IMG/VR virus record: IMGVR_UViG_3300045988_176738 | Span: 32,001 to 96,000 of that record | Strand: one strand, 5' to 3' | Origin: a virus | Length of the DNA stretch: 64,000 nucleotides | Part shown: piece by piece, positions 8,937 to 20,221 of the stretch | How the letters are laid out: every line of letters starts with the position of its first letter | Numbering within the stretch: the first letter of the stretch is position 1 | Position numbers and translations under genes: made by a program | The notes under the pieces: model-generated | What the model was told of the DNA's origin: nothing | What the model saw: the letters and a program-made list of their open reading frames with translations, nothing else | Databases searched by the model: none

Positions 8937-9476
8937 ATGGATATAACTAATAGTAAAATGTTATCAGATGTATTTAAAAGAGAAATACGTACGGCACTTA
9001 ATAACATTTCTAAAACTGTTTATGAACAACTCAGAAAAAATGTAAAAAATATTTATTCTAAATCGGAATCTATTTATTATGCTAGAACCTATGACTTCTT
9101 TAATGCTATAATTAAACCCGAACTAAAATCAGAAAAAGATGGAATTTCGGTCGTTATTGGTATAGATTATTCTCAAATTAAACCAAAAATAGAACATTCT
9201 GGTAGACTTAATGCTCATACAGATATAAATGGAAATACTGTTTGGAATGGCATTTCTATTAGCGAGGCTTTACTTTCTTGGCTTGACGAAGGTACAACTA
9301 ATTCTTCTATTCATAATCAACCTGAAACTAATTACTGGTATAATGTTATGGGTGCTAGAGGTTATGAAGCTGATGTAGAAATTGATTATAAAAAATTAGA
9401 TTCTATAATACAGAATGAAATAAAAAATACTTTTTCTAGGATAGGAAGTATTTCTGTTACAAAAGGCACTAATTAG
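8937..9476 (+). CDS. hypothetical protein
   Basis: A 179-aa ORF with no recognisable motif. Confidence 0.35.
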   Translation: MDITNSKMLSDVFKREIRTALNNISKTVYEQLRKNVKNIYSKSESIYYARTYDFFNAIIKPELKSEKDGISVVIGIDYSQIKPKIEHSGRLNAHTDINGNTVWNGISISEALLSWLDEGTTNSSIHNQPETNYWYNVMGARGYEADVEIDYKKLDSIIQNEIKNTFSRIGSISVTKGTN

Positions 9477-9494
9477 TTGAAAGGATGTGATTAA

Positions 9495-12400
9495 GTGGCT
9501 AATGAATATCAAATTAAGTTAAAAGCAGCTTTAGATGATTCTTCAATTAAGAAAGCTATTCAAAAAATTAACGATAAACAAACTATTGATTTTAAAGTTA
9601 AAGGCGATAAAGAAATATTAACTGTAACTAATAAAGTCAAAGATAATATGGGAAAAATAACTACCGAAGTTGAAAAATTTCAAAGAACTGCTGGTGGAAG
9701 TTTTGAATCTGTAGCAAGGTCTACAAAAACTGTATCAGGTGCAACAGATACATTGGCTGACCATTTTAAAAATGCAACAAATAATGTAACAGAATTTATG
9801 GAAGCTTTTGGATTATTTACTATAGCTCAAAAAGCAGTTGAAGAAATGGTTTCTGCGGTAAAAGATATGGACGATGCTTTAACTGAATATAAAAAGGTTT
9901 CAGATTTAACTGGAGCAAGTTTAGATTCTTTTATTCAAAAAGCAACTACAATTGGTGAAACTGTTGCTAGAACAAGTACCGAAATGGTAGAAGGTGCTAC
10001 TGAATTTAAAAAGTCTGGTTATAGTGATGAAGATTCACTTGAATTAGCAAGAATAGCGGCTTAATGATATAGGTCGAATATATAGGAATATATATAAAGA
10101 ATAGGGTGAATTGCTGGAAAACCCTTAGAGATTAACAAACTAAAACATAGTTAGTAATAACAAATGTGAATGTTTAAAAATTGTTAATATTGGGCAATCA
10201 GCAGCTAAGCAACTATTGAAATGTAGTTGAAAGTTCAACGACTATCGAAAGCAATCAGAAATTGATAAATGTAACTATATAAAATATAGAATAAGCTACT
10301 AAGTAGACGAAGCGAGTAGAGTAGAGCCAGGTGGTAGGTTTTGAATGAAATTAGTTCATATAAATCCTTTAAATCAAAGTGCCCTATACCTAATAAAAGG
10401 TAAAGATGTAGTCTTAGCTTATATGAAAATATAAGATATTAACACAATTAAAGAAATTTATGTTAATATAAACTGGAATATCAAAATGTTGCAGATGAAC
10501 AAATGAGTGCAGGAGACGCTGCTAATTTTATTATCGCTCAAATGAAAGCTTTTAATATTGAAGCAGGTAATGCTGAACATATAATTGATGCGGTTTTTAT
10601 GAGCTGCATGTAAAAAACAGGGTTAATTGCGGGAAAGTCTTTAGAGTTTTATATACCAAACAGTAATAGTAATATTATTGTGGCTTAATTAATTATTAAG
10701 GTATGGTAAAAAGTATAAAAATTAGATAATCCGCAGCTAAGCAACTATTGAAATATAGTTGAAAGTTCATCGACTATCGAAAGCAATCAGAAAAACTGAT
10801 AAATGTAACTATAGAAATATAGAATAAGCTACTAAGTAGACGAAGTGAGTAGAGTATATGGAAGTGCTATCCATAGAAATTCCCTGCCCTATAAAAATTT
10901 ATAGGTGAAGATATAGTCAATTCTTATATGAAAATATAAGTGATTAAATAAATTATAATAAAATGGAGTAATATGAAAAACAAAATAGATACACAATATG
11001 TTAAAAATTATTTAAGTAAATATTCAAAAACGGAACTTTTAGATGAGTATATTAATTATAAAAAAAAAATGAAGTTTAAATGCGAATGTGGTAATATCTT
11101 TTATAGAAATTTTAGTAATTTATTACGAAATAATTATTGTAAATGTAAAGATTGTACTACAAAAATAAGAGTTGATAATAGAAAGTTAAAAATTGAAGAA
11201 GTGGATAAAATTATAAAAGAACATGGATTGATAAGAATGGGCGAATTCATAAATACTCGCAATAAAATCCTCTGTATGAATAAAGATGGTTTTTTAGGAA
11301 AAATAAATATAACTAATTTAAAAAAAAATAAAATGTTTACAGTATTATCACCAAAATTTGACCCAGAATCAACGATTTATAACTCAAATAAAATAATTAA
11401 TAATAAAGGATGTAAAACTAAAGTTTTAAAATTTTTAAATAACGAATCTCTTCAAAATAGTAAAGTTTTGTGCAAATGTGAATGTGGAAATATATACGAT
11501 GTCAAACTTTCAAGTTTAATATATAACAATGCCTATAGGTGTAGAAGTTGTTCTAAAAATGAATCTAGTCTTGAAAAAAAAGTAGATTCTTTTTTAGTTT
11601 CAAATAATATATTATTTGAAAAGCAAAAAAGATTTAATGATTGTAAAGATAAAAATACACTTCCTTTTGATTTTTATATTCCATCTATGAACATATGTAT
11701 TGAGGTAGATGGTAAACAACATTATACAGTAATAAATTTTAGTAATAATTTTGAAATATCTAAATTACAATTTGAAAAAATAAAAAAACATGATATAATA
11801 AAAAATGAATATTGTAAACAAAAAAATATAAAACTAGTAAGAATTTCTTATTTAGAAATTCAAAATGATGAATATATAAAAATTTTAAATAATTTATTTA
11901 ATCTATCATAATTTGCAACTATGATATAATATAAAAGAAATGAAGTATCAAATAATTATGCTGTTTCTAGTGCGGATTTAGCAAACAATTTAGGCATTGT
12001 AAGTTCAACTATGGCGGCTGGTGATACAACTTTGGAACAAACCTTAGGATTGATGACGGGAATCGTTGAGATAACTAGAGATGCTTCAAGAGCAGCAAAT
12101 GCTTTGAAAACAATTGGACAAAGAATAAGAACAGTTTCTGAAGATGGAGAAAGCTATGTCGCTAAATTACAAAGTTCTTTTGATAAATATGGAATAACAG
12201 TAGACATAGTTAATAGAAAAACAGGTGAAATGGAATCAACCTACAATATTTTAAAAGGTATTGCTGCACAATGGGATAATTTAAATGATGCTCAAAAACA
12301 AGAAATTGGTGAATTAGCCGCTGGTAAACAAAGAATTACAGACTTTAACAATATAGAGTCCGTTCCAAGAAATTGGTTCGTAAAATAACATATCTAATTG

Positions 12401-15400
12401 CTGGAAATCCTTAAAGCTATACAACTAAAGCAGAATGATGAAATAAGCATAAATGTAAATGTTACGAAAGTAGAAAAAACAGTATAGATGGTGCATGGTT
12501 AAACCCTAAACACTTTAAAAATAGGAAATCAGCAGCCAAGCTACGAATAGTAGAAGGTTCAACGACTATCCCTGATGGGAGTAGGGCATAAGCTTAATGT
12601 TCGAAATGGTATGCACCTTTAAAAGGTGAAGATATAGTCTATACATATATGAAAATATATGAGAATTTTATCAAAAAAAAAAAAAAAAAGGAAGAGTGTA
12701 TTAAATAAGTAGAAAACTCGACATTCAATATATAACTGAATGTTTTAAAAATGAGGGTTATAAATTGACTTCAAAAGAATATAAAAATAATAAGGAAAAA
12801 TTAACAGTTGAAGATAAAAAAGGTTATAAATATCAAATAAATTATAATAACTTTATGTGTATGAAAAAGAAATCATTAACTAAATTTCATTATAGTAATA
12901 TTTATACACCTACAAATATACAACTATATTTTGATGAAAATAATATAAATTTAAAAATATTAGATATAACTCCAAGAAATATAAAAGTTAAAACTGACAA
13001 AATAAAATTTATATGTGAATGTGGAAAAATATTTGAATCCAATTTTCAAAATATATATTATAATAAAACAAAAAGATGTAAAAATTGTTCTCTTCGTAAA
13101 TCTGAACTTGAATGGAAAATTTCTGATTATTTAGATAAAAAAAAAGTTAAATATATAGAACAATATTCTTTTGATGATTGTAAAATAAAAAGAATTTGTA
13201 AATTTGATTTTTATTTACCAGATTATAATTTAATAATAGAAGTTAATGGCGAACAACATTATTATGAAAATTCTAATTTTAGATTGTCTCTATATGAACA
13301 ACAAATAAGAGATGATTATAAGAAAAAATATTGTATAAAAAATAATATAAAATATTTAGAAATTCCATTTTGGGATATCAGAAATAATAATAATTATAAA
13401 ATAAAAATTGATAAAATTCTAAGTTAGATTAGCGACCTAACTTAAATAAATTAGTAATGCTTTAATGCAAAACTTTGGAACAACATTAAATGCAGTTGAA
13501 GCAGCTGAGAATTCTATGGGTTCGGCTTCAAAAGAAAATGAAAGAGCAATGGATTCTCTTCAAGGAAAAATCCAAGAATTAAAAAGTGCTTTTGTTACAT
13601 TAGCAACTAATACAATAAATTCACAAACAGTTAAGTCTATTGTTAGTTTAGGAACAACTATGTTAAAGTTTGCTAATAGTGATGTAGGACAAGTCATAAT
13701 AAAAGTTTTAGGGCTTGCAACAGCATTAAAAACTGCTAGTAAGGCAATTTCTGCATTAGGTAAGTTTACGGGTATTTCTAGTGCAATGAAATCAGCAACA
13801 ACAGCATTTTCTGAAGCTTCTGCTGGTGCAGTTGGATTTACTGCTACATTAAAAGGGACAGCGGCAGCAACGAAATCATTAACTGTAGCTCTATTATCAA
13901 ATCCTTTATTTTGGGGAACAGTAGCAATTACAGCTGTTACTGGAATTATAAACAAGTATGAAGAATTACAACAAAAGAAACTAGATTTAGTTTCTTCAAC
14001 TCAAGAAGAAGTTAATTCTATTAATGATGAATCTAAAGAACTTGAAAATTTTTCTAATGAAATGAAAAATGCTTATGAATCATCAGATACATTAAAAGAG
14101 AAAAAAGATACTTTAAAAACATATCAACAGCAATTAATTGATAAATATGGGGACGAAATAACTGCTTTAACAGATGTTAAAAATGCAAATGATTTATTAA
14201 ATAAATCATATGATGAAACAGTTAATGTATTAAAACAAGTAGAAGAAGGTTTGTTAGATAAACAAGTTGCGGCATTAAATGAAAATAAAACAAGTAGAGA
14301 TGAACTTTTAAAAACAGAAACAACAAATATATTAATCTCTAAGAAACAATTGGAAAGTATAGCATCAAATGAAAAAGAATATAGTGCGCTTATTAGTTTA
14401 CTTGAAGATTCTGCTAGAAGTGCAGGAATGTTATTTTCTACTAATAAAGCTGGAGATAAGGTTTTAGCAGGTAATGCAGAAGCATTAGTAGATTTTTATA
14501 ATAAAGTAGAAAATGGGATTACAAGTTTAAATGATTCTTCTCAGACTGCTTGGGGAGAGATGAAAAATCATAGTGAATTTATGTTTAAATCTTTAGAGGA
14601 AGATTATAATAAATTTTCAGAATCTGCCAAACAAGCAGATGAATTAGAATATAAATCTTTCATAAAAAATCATCAAGATGAATTCAATACATATAAAGAT
14701 TTGTTAGAAAAAAGGCAAAAATTAATAGAGCAGTACAATTCTTCTAAAACAAATGTAGAAAGACAAAAAATAATAGAAGAAATAAATAAAATGCAACCTG
14801 ATGTTATGGATGCTTATTCAAAATTATTTACTCAAGCAAAATTGGGGGCAGTTCAAGGATTAAAAGATACTTTTGGTGAGGACTCTCAAAAGCTTCCCGA
14901 TTTAGTAGATTTTAGTGGAATATCTGGAGTTAATGCTACGGGTTTAGATACTTTAATGCAAAAATTAGAAAAATCAGCAATTTTAACAGAGGATTTAAAA
15001 AAACAAATTGTTGATATGAGACAAAAGATAGAAGCTTCTGGTAATACAACTGCATTAGAAAGTTATGACAAACAACTTTCAGATTTAGGTATTACAGTAA
15101 ATGATTCAGCTGTTTATTGGCAAAAATTAAGGGATACAGTAAAAAATACTGATGATTATTTTGAAGCAGCATCAGGAATATGGAAAACACTTAAAGATGA
15201 AGGTGTAGATATAACTGATGAAGCCATTACTGGGATGGTAGAAAAGTTACTTTCTGGTGAAACTTCTTTTAGTGATTTCTTTGATTTTTTAGAAGAAAAA
15301 GTTAAAGATGCTGGTGGAAATATTAGTGATACTGTTCTTCAAACATTAGATAATTCTGCGGCTGCACTTTCTGAAGCAATATCGGGTGTCGGACAAGTAC

Positions 15401-17202
15401 AAGAAAAAATAGATTCTTTAAATTCTGCTGTTGATGAATTTAATACTTTAGGAGGATTTTCAGCTGACACATTAAATTCTTTAATAAGTAATGACCTTTT
15501 GCAATATTTGACATTTACAGAAAATGGTGTTAAATTAAATACTGATGCCCTAAATCAAGAAACTGAAGCGGCAAAACAAAATGCACTTGCACAACTTCAA
15601 ACTGCTTATGCAGCTGATGTTTTAGCACTTGCAAATGGTGAAGTAGATAAAATGAGTACTGGTGCAAAATCAGCATTACAACAATTTGAGGCGAATGCAA
15701 GTACTGTTGGTGCAACTGCAAATGCTCAAACAGCTGGTTTATACAATATGGCAACAGCAATGGCAGCTGTTTCAGCTGCTGGTGGAGATACTTCTGCCTT
15801 ACAACAAAATGAAAAAAAAGTTCAGGCATTAAATAGTTATTATAACAAACTAACAACAAGTATAAGTAATATATCTATTAAAGGGACAAAAGCCAGTAAA
15901 AGTGCTGGAACAAAAGGTTCTAGTGGGAAAAAAGGCTCTAGTGGGAAAAAAGGCTCAAGTTCAAAAAGTACAAAAGATACTTGGAAAGAAGAATTTGAAT
16001 CAAAATATAAAGCTTTACAACATGAACTTAATATGGAACAAATTACTGAAGAGCAATATACTGACGAATTAGAATCTCTTTATAAAAAATATTTTTCAAA
16101 TAAAACTAAATATGCAGAAGAATATAATAAGTATGAAGAAGAAGTTTATAAAAAAAGAAAAGAAATAGTAAAAGATGCTTTCCAAAAAGAATTAGATGAA
16201 CTTGACCATAAACAAACTATGAATATGATTTCAGAAAGAGATTATACCGATGAAGTTGAAAAACTTTATAAGAAGTATTTTGCCAATAGAAAAGAATTCT
16301 TAGATGAATATACTAAATATGAAGAAAAAGTATATGAAAGTAGAGCGTCTTATTTAAAGGAAGATTATGATGCTGCGATTTCAGTTGCGACTAATGTTAT
16401 TGATAAACAGATTTCAGAATTAGAAAAACAAAAAAGTGCACTTGAAAAGGTAAATGATGAAACAGATAAAGCAATAGAATTAGAAAAATTAAAAAATGAT
16501 TTATATAATGCACAAAATCAAAAAAATATAAGAACATATTATGCTGGCTTAGGCTGGGTATGGGAAGCTGATAAAAAGGCAATTAGTGACGCAGAAAAAG
16601 CACTTAAAGATTTTGAAGTTGAACAAAAAACTGATGAAATAGATAAACAAATAGATTCTTTAAATGAGTTAAAAGATAACTGGAGTTCAATTGCAAGTGA
16701 TTATGAATCTCAACAAGACAGGATTAATGCAGCAGTTAAATTTGGCTCGGATTTTGAACAAAAAGTTTTAAGCGGAAGATTAGATTATTTAAAATCTTTC
16801 GTTCAATCTTATAATTATGAAATGGACAAATTAAATCCTTTAACTGGTGCACAACAATATGCAAAATCACAATTGACACCTAATTCTTCTTATGCTAATG
16901 GCACTACTAGTGCAATTGGTGGTCTTTCCCTTGTTGGAGAAAAAGGTGCTGAATTAAGAGTTCTTAATCAAGGCGATGGAATTATACCAGCAGAATTAAC
17001 TGAAAATTTAATGAAATGGGGAACAATTGACCCTATTAATATGGTTAAAGCTGGAGGAATTCCTTTGGCTAATAATAACAATAATACATCAAATAATATG
17101 AATTTTAATATTTCTAATTTAACATTACCAAATGTATCAGATAGTAATAGTTTTATAAGTGGTTTGAGACAATATGCCACAACACATAATAAAAGGGGCT
17201 AA
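9495..17202 (+). CDS. tail tape-measure protein (TP901-family core), split into 4 exons by three group I introns
   Basis: The exons are about 9495-10061, 10476-~10597, 11938-12345 and 13455-17202. Joined, they give ..ELARIAA|EYQNVADEQMSAGDAANFIIAQMKAFNIE..IIDAV|NEVSNNYAVSSADLANNLGIVSSTMAAGDT..AGKQRITDF|NALMQNFGTTLNAVEAAENSMGSASKENE.., which is continuous tape-measure core sequence. The long final exon has coiled-coil, SGKKG repeats and a Gly/Asn-rich C-terminus. Confidence 0.8.
10062..10475 (+). mobile_element. group I intron 1 in the tape-measure gene (ORF-less, 414 nt)
   Basis: The 5' splice site follows U10061, where exon cggcu pairs with the IGS ggucg to form P1 with a 10-nt loop. G10475 is the omega G. 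Core blocks attgctggaaaacccttagag, gttgaaagttcaacgactatcgaaagcaatcag and taactatataaaatatagaataagctactaag are shared with the other introns. The exon frame resumes exactly at the splice. Confidence 0.7.
10598..11937 (+). mobile_element. group I intron 2 in the tape-measure gene (HE-containing; 5' boundary +/-10 nt)
   Basis: It has the same conserved core (attgcgggaaagtctttagag, gactatcgaaagcaatcag, taactatagaaatatagaataagctactaag) plus ORF 10973-11911. G11937 is the omega G, followed by an in-frame exon (NEVSNN..). Confidence 0.65.
10973..11911 (+). CDS. intron-encoded homing endonuclease, DUF559/Vsr-like PD-(D/E)xK domain with N-terminal Zn-ribbon repeats
   Basis: FDFYIPSMNICIEVDGKQHY matches the DUF559 (Vsr-fold) motif. 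There are two CECGN..C..C Zn-knuckle repeats. It is a paralogue of ORF 12765-13427. Confidence 0.65.
   Translation: MKNKIDTQYVKNYLSKYSKTELLDEYINYKKKMKFKCECGNIFYRNFSNLLRNNYCKCKDCTTKIRVDNRKLKIEEVDKIIKEHGLIRMGEFINTRNKILCMNKDGFLGKINITNLKKNKMFTVLSPKFDPESTIYNSNKIINNKGCKTKVLKFLNNESLQNSKVLCKCECGNIYDVKLSSLIYNNAYRCRSCSKNESSLEKKVDSFLVSNNILFEKQKRFNDCKDKNTLPFDFYIPSMNICIEVDGKQHYTVINFSNNFEISKLQFEKIKKHDIIKNEYCKQKNIKLVRISYLEIQNDEYIKILNNLFNLS
12346..13454 (+). mobile_element. group I intron 3 in the tape-measure gene (HE-containing, 1109 nt)
   Basis: The 5' splice site follows U12345, where exon gacuu pairs with IGS gaguc to form P1 with a 10-nt loop taacaatata; compare intron 1's loop taatgatata. Core attgctggaaatccttaaag is present. 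G13454 is the omega G, and the exon-4 frame resumes (DF|NALMQNF). Confidence 0.7.
12765..13427 (+). CDS. intron-encoded homing endonuclease, DUF559/Vsr-like (TTG start)
   Basis: FDFYLPDYNLIIEVNGEQHY is the DUF559 motif, CECGKIF..C..C is a Zn-ribbon, and the RBS is gaggg. Confidence 0.65.
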   Translation: MTSKEYKNNKEKLTVEDKKGYKYQINYNNFMCMKKKSLTKFHYSNIYTPTNIQLYFDENNINLKILDITPRNIKVKTDKIKFICECGKIFESNFQNIYYNKTKRCKNCSLRKSELEWKISDYLDKKKVKYIEQYSFDDCKIKRICKFDFYLPDYNLIIEVNGEQHYYENSNFRLSLYEQQIRDDYKKKYCIKNNIKYLEIPFWDIRNNNNYKIKIDKILS

Positions 17203-17219
17203 ATGCCCCTCAAGAAAGG

Positions 17220-18617
17220 GTGATAGTTTTGATATTTAGACCAGTTGACGCATATCCAAATAATGGTATTTTTATTGATGCCAGTCAATATAATGAATTT
17301 ACAGTCAAAGTTCAAGGAGCTTCTTCGCAAGTTAATGCTTATCAAATATTTTTTTATGATGCAAATACTTTTGAACTTATTAATGAAGATAGTGTTAAAA
17401 ATGATTTGTCAAAAATATATGTTTCAGGTGAAACAATAGAAATACCTGTGTTTAAAGGTACTTTAAAAAACGATATGTCTTATTATTGGGTTGTTAGGCT
17501 ATTTCAAACAAACCCCGATATGTTTATATATAAAGCAAAAGTTATAACACAAACAAGTAATACAATAATTAACATTCCTATGATTTCGGGAGTTACAAAA
17601 GGTATGTATGTTGAATATTTAGGTTCATATCATAAAATTACAGATATTCAAAATCAGACAGAAGTTTCTCCTCAAGTTACTCAAATTACAATAGAAGATA
17701 GTATTACGGGAGTAGAAGGTGAATATATAAGAATATATTCTGATTATGTAGATAGTATAGAATTCCCATTTTATACAGAAACAAATATTGTAGCAAGATT
17801 TTCAGATAATATTCCTACAATTGTCACTTCAAGAACACAAGATTTTAAAATGGAAGTTTCTAGTGGAACTAGTATAAAATGGTATAGATTTGTTTTATCA
17901 GATGAAAGTGGTGACATCATTGATGATACAGGGAAAATATATAATAGTTTATTGACATATTCTTTTGATGGTTTTGTAAGTGATAATAATTATATTATAA
18001 AAGGATATGTTTGTGATTCTAATAATAGAACTGTTACAACAGATGATTATTCTTTCTTTGTTGAATATAATGCTCCCGATTTAAATTTACCAGCAACAAC
18101 AACGATAGATTACGATAATGACGCAATAAAAGTTAGTTGGGTAGATGATGCCTATTCTGAAGGAAGAGCAACAGGAGAATATTCTTTTGTAGATAGTCCA
18201 ATAGACGGCAAGAAAGAATTAAAAATAAATAGCGGAACAATTATTTATGATAATATAAGTGGTTATCCTCTTAATACTTCAGAAGAATTCACAATTTTTG
18301 TTGATGTTGAATTTGACCAAGATAAAAGAGGAAAATTAATTGAACTTTTAAAAAAAAATGGTAATTATTATATATATGTAAAAGAAAACAATATTTATGT
18401 TGTTAAAGATGATGAAGAAACTTTATTAGGAAAAGTTTTAAACACAGAAAAAGGTTGTTTGCAGGCTAATAATACAGCTGAGGAAAAAGTAGCTTATATT
18501 TGGAATGATGAAGAAGTTTGGGATGATACAAAATATTGGACAGAAAGTTTACCTTTTAGTCAAAGGTTTAAAATTACAATTTTAGCAAATGAAACTTTAA
18601 TTGAGGAGGTAGTATAA
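17220..18617 (+). CDS. tail structural protein (distal tail region)
   Basis: 465 aa immediately after the tape-measure gene, overlapping the next gene by ATGA. The call rests on position. Confidence 0.4.
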   Translation: MIVLIFRPVDAYPNNGIFIDASQYNEFTVKVQGASSQVNAYQIFFYDANTFELINEDSVKNDLSKIYVSGETIEIPVFKGTLKNDMSYYWVVRLFQTNPDMFIYKAKVITQTSNTIINIPMISGVTKGMYVEYLGSYHKITDIQNQTEVSPQVTQITIEDSITGVEGEYIRIYSDYVDSIEFPFYTETNIVARFSDNIPTIVTSRTQDFKMEVSSGTSIKWYRFVLSDESGDIIDDTGKIYNSLLTYSFDGFVSDNNYIIKGYVCDSNNRTVTTDDYSFFVEYNAPDLNLPATTTIDYDNDAIKVSWVDDAYSEGRATGEYSFVDSPIDGKKELKINSGTIIYDNISGYPLNTSEEFTIFVDVEFDQDKRGKLIELLKKNGNYYIYVKENNIYVVKDDEETLLGKVLNTEKGCLQANNTAEEKVAYIWNDEEVWDDTKYWTESLPFSQRFKITILANETLIEEVV

Positions 18618-20209
18618 TGGCTTATAATGGAATAGTTCTTTTTGATGATGTAAAATATAATTATCTTGTTGTAAAAAAAGGAAGTGCAACCCAAGAAGAA
18701 TTAACTAATTTTAAGAAACCTGATTATGTTCCTAAATGGGAAGAAGTTTCAAAAGCTATGATTTTAGCAAATTTCGATAATACATTGGTTTCAAGCTATA
18801 TCTCTGGTTTACCAAAACAATTTGATTCTTGGGCTGTATATAGGCAAAAAATTGGAGATAAAGTTCAAAAATTTGTTGGAAAAGTTGAAAGAAATAGACT
18901 ATTTATAATAGATTATTTAGTTGGGAATCAAACTGAATATATTTATTATGTTATTTCAGAAACAACAGGTGAAATGGGTGTCTCTATGCAATCACCTATA
19001 ATAAAAACTGACTGGTGGAATTATTCTTTAACAGGATTAAAACAAATTGGTGATAATGTATATGTTGCTGATAAAGTTTGGTTATTTGATTTTAATGTTG
19101 CTTCTACAGAAATTGTTCAAAATACAGATGTTTCTGTTTTCAAAACATTTACTAGAATTCCTAAAATATCTAAAGGATTGAATAATTATCAAACGATGGG
19201 TATTAGTTGTCTTTTGGGAGGCGTAAATTCTGCTACAGAAAAATATGAAGATGATATTGCTCTATTACAAGATTGGCAAAATTTTGTTGCAGAAGATATT
19301 TTATGTTTATGGAAAGATAGAAAAGGTTCAATAAAAGTTGGTGTTGTTACTGATTCTCCTAATGCAAAATATACAGATGAAACGACAGAACAAATAACAA
19401 CAATTACTTTCAATTTTGTTGAAACAAAAGATATTGATGATATTTCTGTTTATAATAGTCAAGATAATATTATTTCTAATGCTTATATAGATGTTACAAC
19501 TTCAGTAGGACAAAAAATTACAGTAAGTGGAATTGGTACAAAAACAGCAAAAGATGTAGTTACTCGCTTTACTGTACTTTCAAATACAGAATATACTGTT
19601 AGTGTAAATGAAAAAGAAGGTTATATAACACCAAAGTCACAATTAATTACAACTGGTGATGAAGGAAGTGTTACAAATATTACATTTGAATATAAAATTG
19701 ACCCAAATTATAAACCTAAAGAAACTATTTCTATTGAAATTACAAAAACTTGGGATGATAATTATGATTTATATGCTTATCGTCCAAAAAGTATAACAAT
19801 TGATTTATATGCTAATGGTGTTTTTAAAGAAAGTAAAGACACAACTTCTTCACAAGATTGGAAATGTAATTTTACTAATTTAGATAAATATGACAATAAC
19901 AATCAGTTAATTACTTATACGGTTAATGAAGGAAATGTTGAAAAATACACAAAAGAAATAACAGGATATACAATAAAAAATACATTTCAGGGATTAACAA
20001 TAGATACACCAGTGACAGAAGAATCAGCAAAAGCTTTCGTAGAATCTGATATGGTTAGAAGAGGCTATACATCAAATGATTTTTCAATAGGAAATGTAGT
20101 CGACACTGGTAATGGCTATTATATTCAAGTAAGAGACCCTAATACTTCAATGACAATATTTTCTTACACAATTTATAGTACAGGTAAAGTTGAAATAGAA
20201 GAAAGCTAG
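18617..20209 (+). CDS. tail protein, distal-tail (Dit)-like with C-terminal extension
   Basis: 530 aa. The N-terminal layout resembles siphophage distal tail proteins, and the C-terminal beta-rich extension could bind carbohydrate. Confidence 0.4.
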   Translation: MAYNGIVLFDDVKYNYLVVKKGSATQEELTNFKKPDYVPKWEEVSKAMILANFDNTLVSSYISGLPKQFDSWAVYRQKIGDKVQKFVGKVERNRLFIIDYLVGNQTEYIYYVISETTGEMGVSMQSPIIKTDWWNYSLTGLKQIGDNVYVADKVWLFDFNVASTEIVQNTDVSVFKTFTRIPKISKGLNNYQTMGISCLLGGVNSATEKYEDDIALLQDWQNFVAEDILCLWKDRKGSIKVGVVTDSPNAKYTDETTEQITTITFNFVETKDIDDISVYNSQDNIISNAYIDVTTSVGQKITVSGIGTKTAKDVVTRFTVLSNTEYTVSVNEKEGYITPKSQLITTGDEGSVTNITFEYKIDPNYKPKETISIEITKTWDDNYDLYAYRPKSITIDLYANGVFKESKDTTSSQDWKCNFTNLDKYDNNNQLITYTVNEGNVEKYTKEITGYTIKNTFQGLTIDTPVTEESAKAFVESDMVRRGYTSNDFSIGNVVDTGNGYYIQVRDPNTSMTIFSYTIYSTGKVEIEES

Positions 20210-20221
20210 AGGTGAATATAT

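Noticed and set aside
10062-10064. Stop codon at 10062-10064 as the real end of a 189-aa tape-measure-like gene
   Set aside because: The downstream segments continue the conserved tape-measure core in frame after excising intron-like segments. The stop lies in the first three intron nucleotides.
13560-16582. Antisense ORFs inside the tape-measure gene (13560-13955, 15530-15859, 16397-16582) and similar antisense ORFs in other large genes (24023-24241, 24807-25037, 29302-29808, 34385-34777, 49144-49350, 54025-54261)
   Set aside because: They lie opposite to well-supported genes, are low-complexity or Leu/Ile/Phe-rich, and have no RBS. They are typical AT-rich antisense artefacts.
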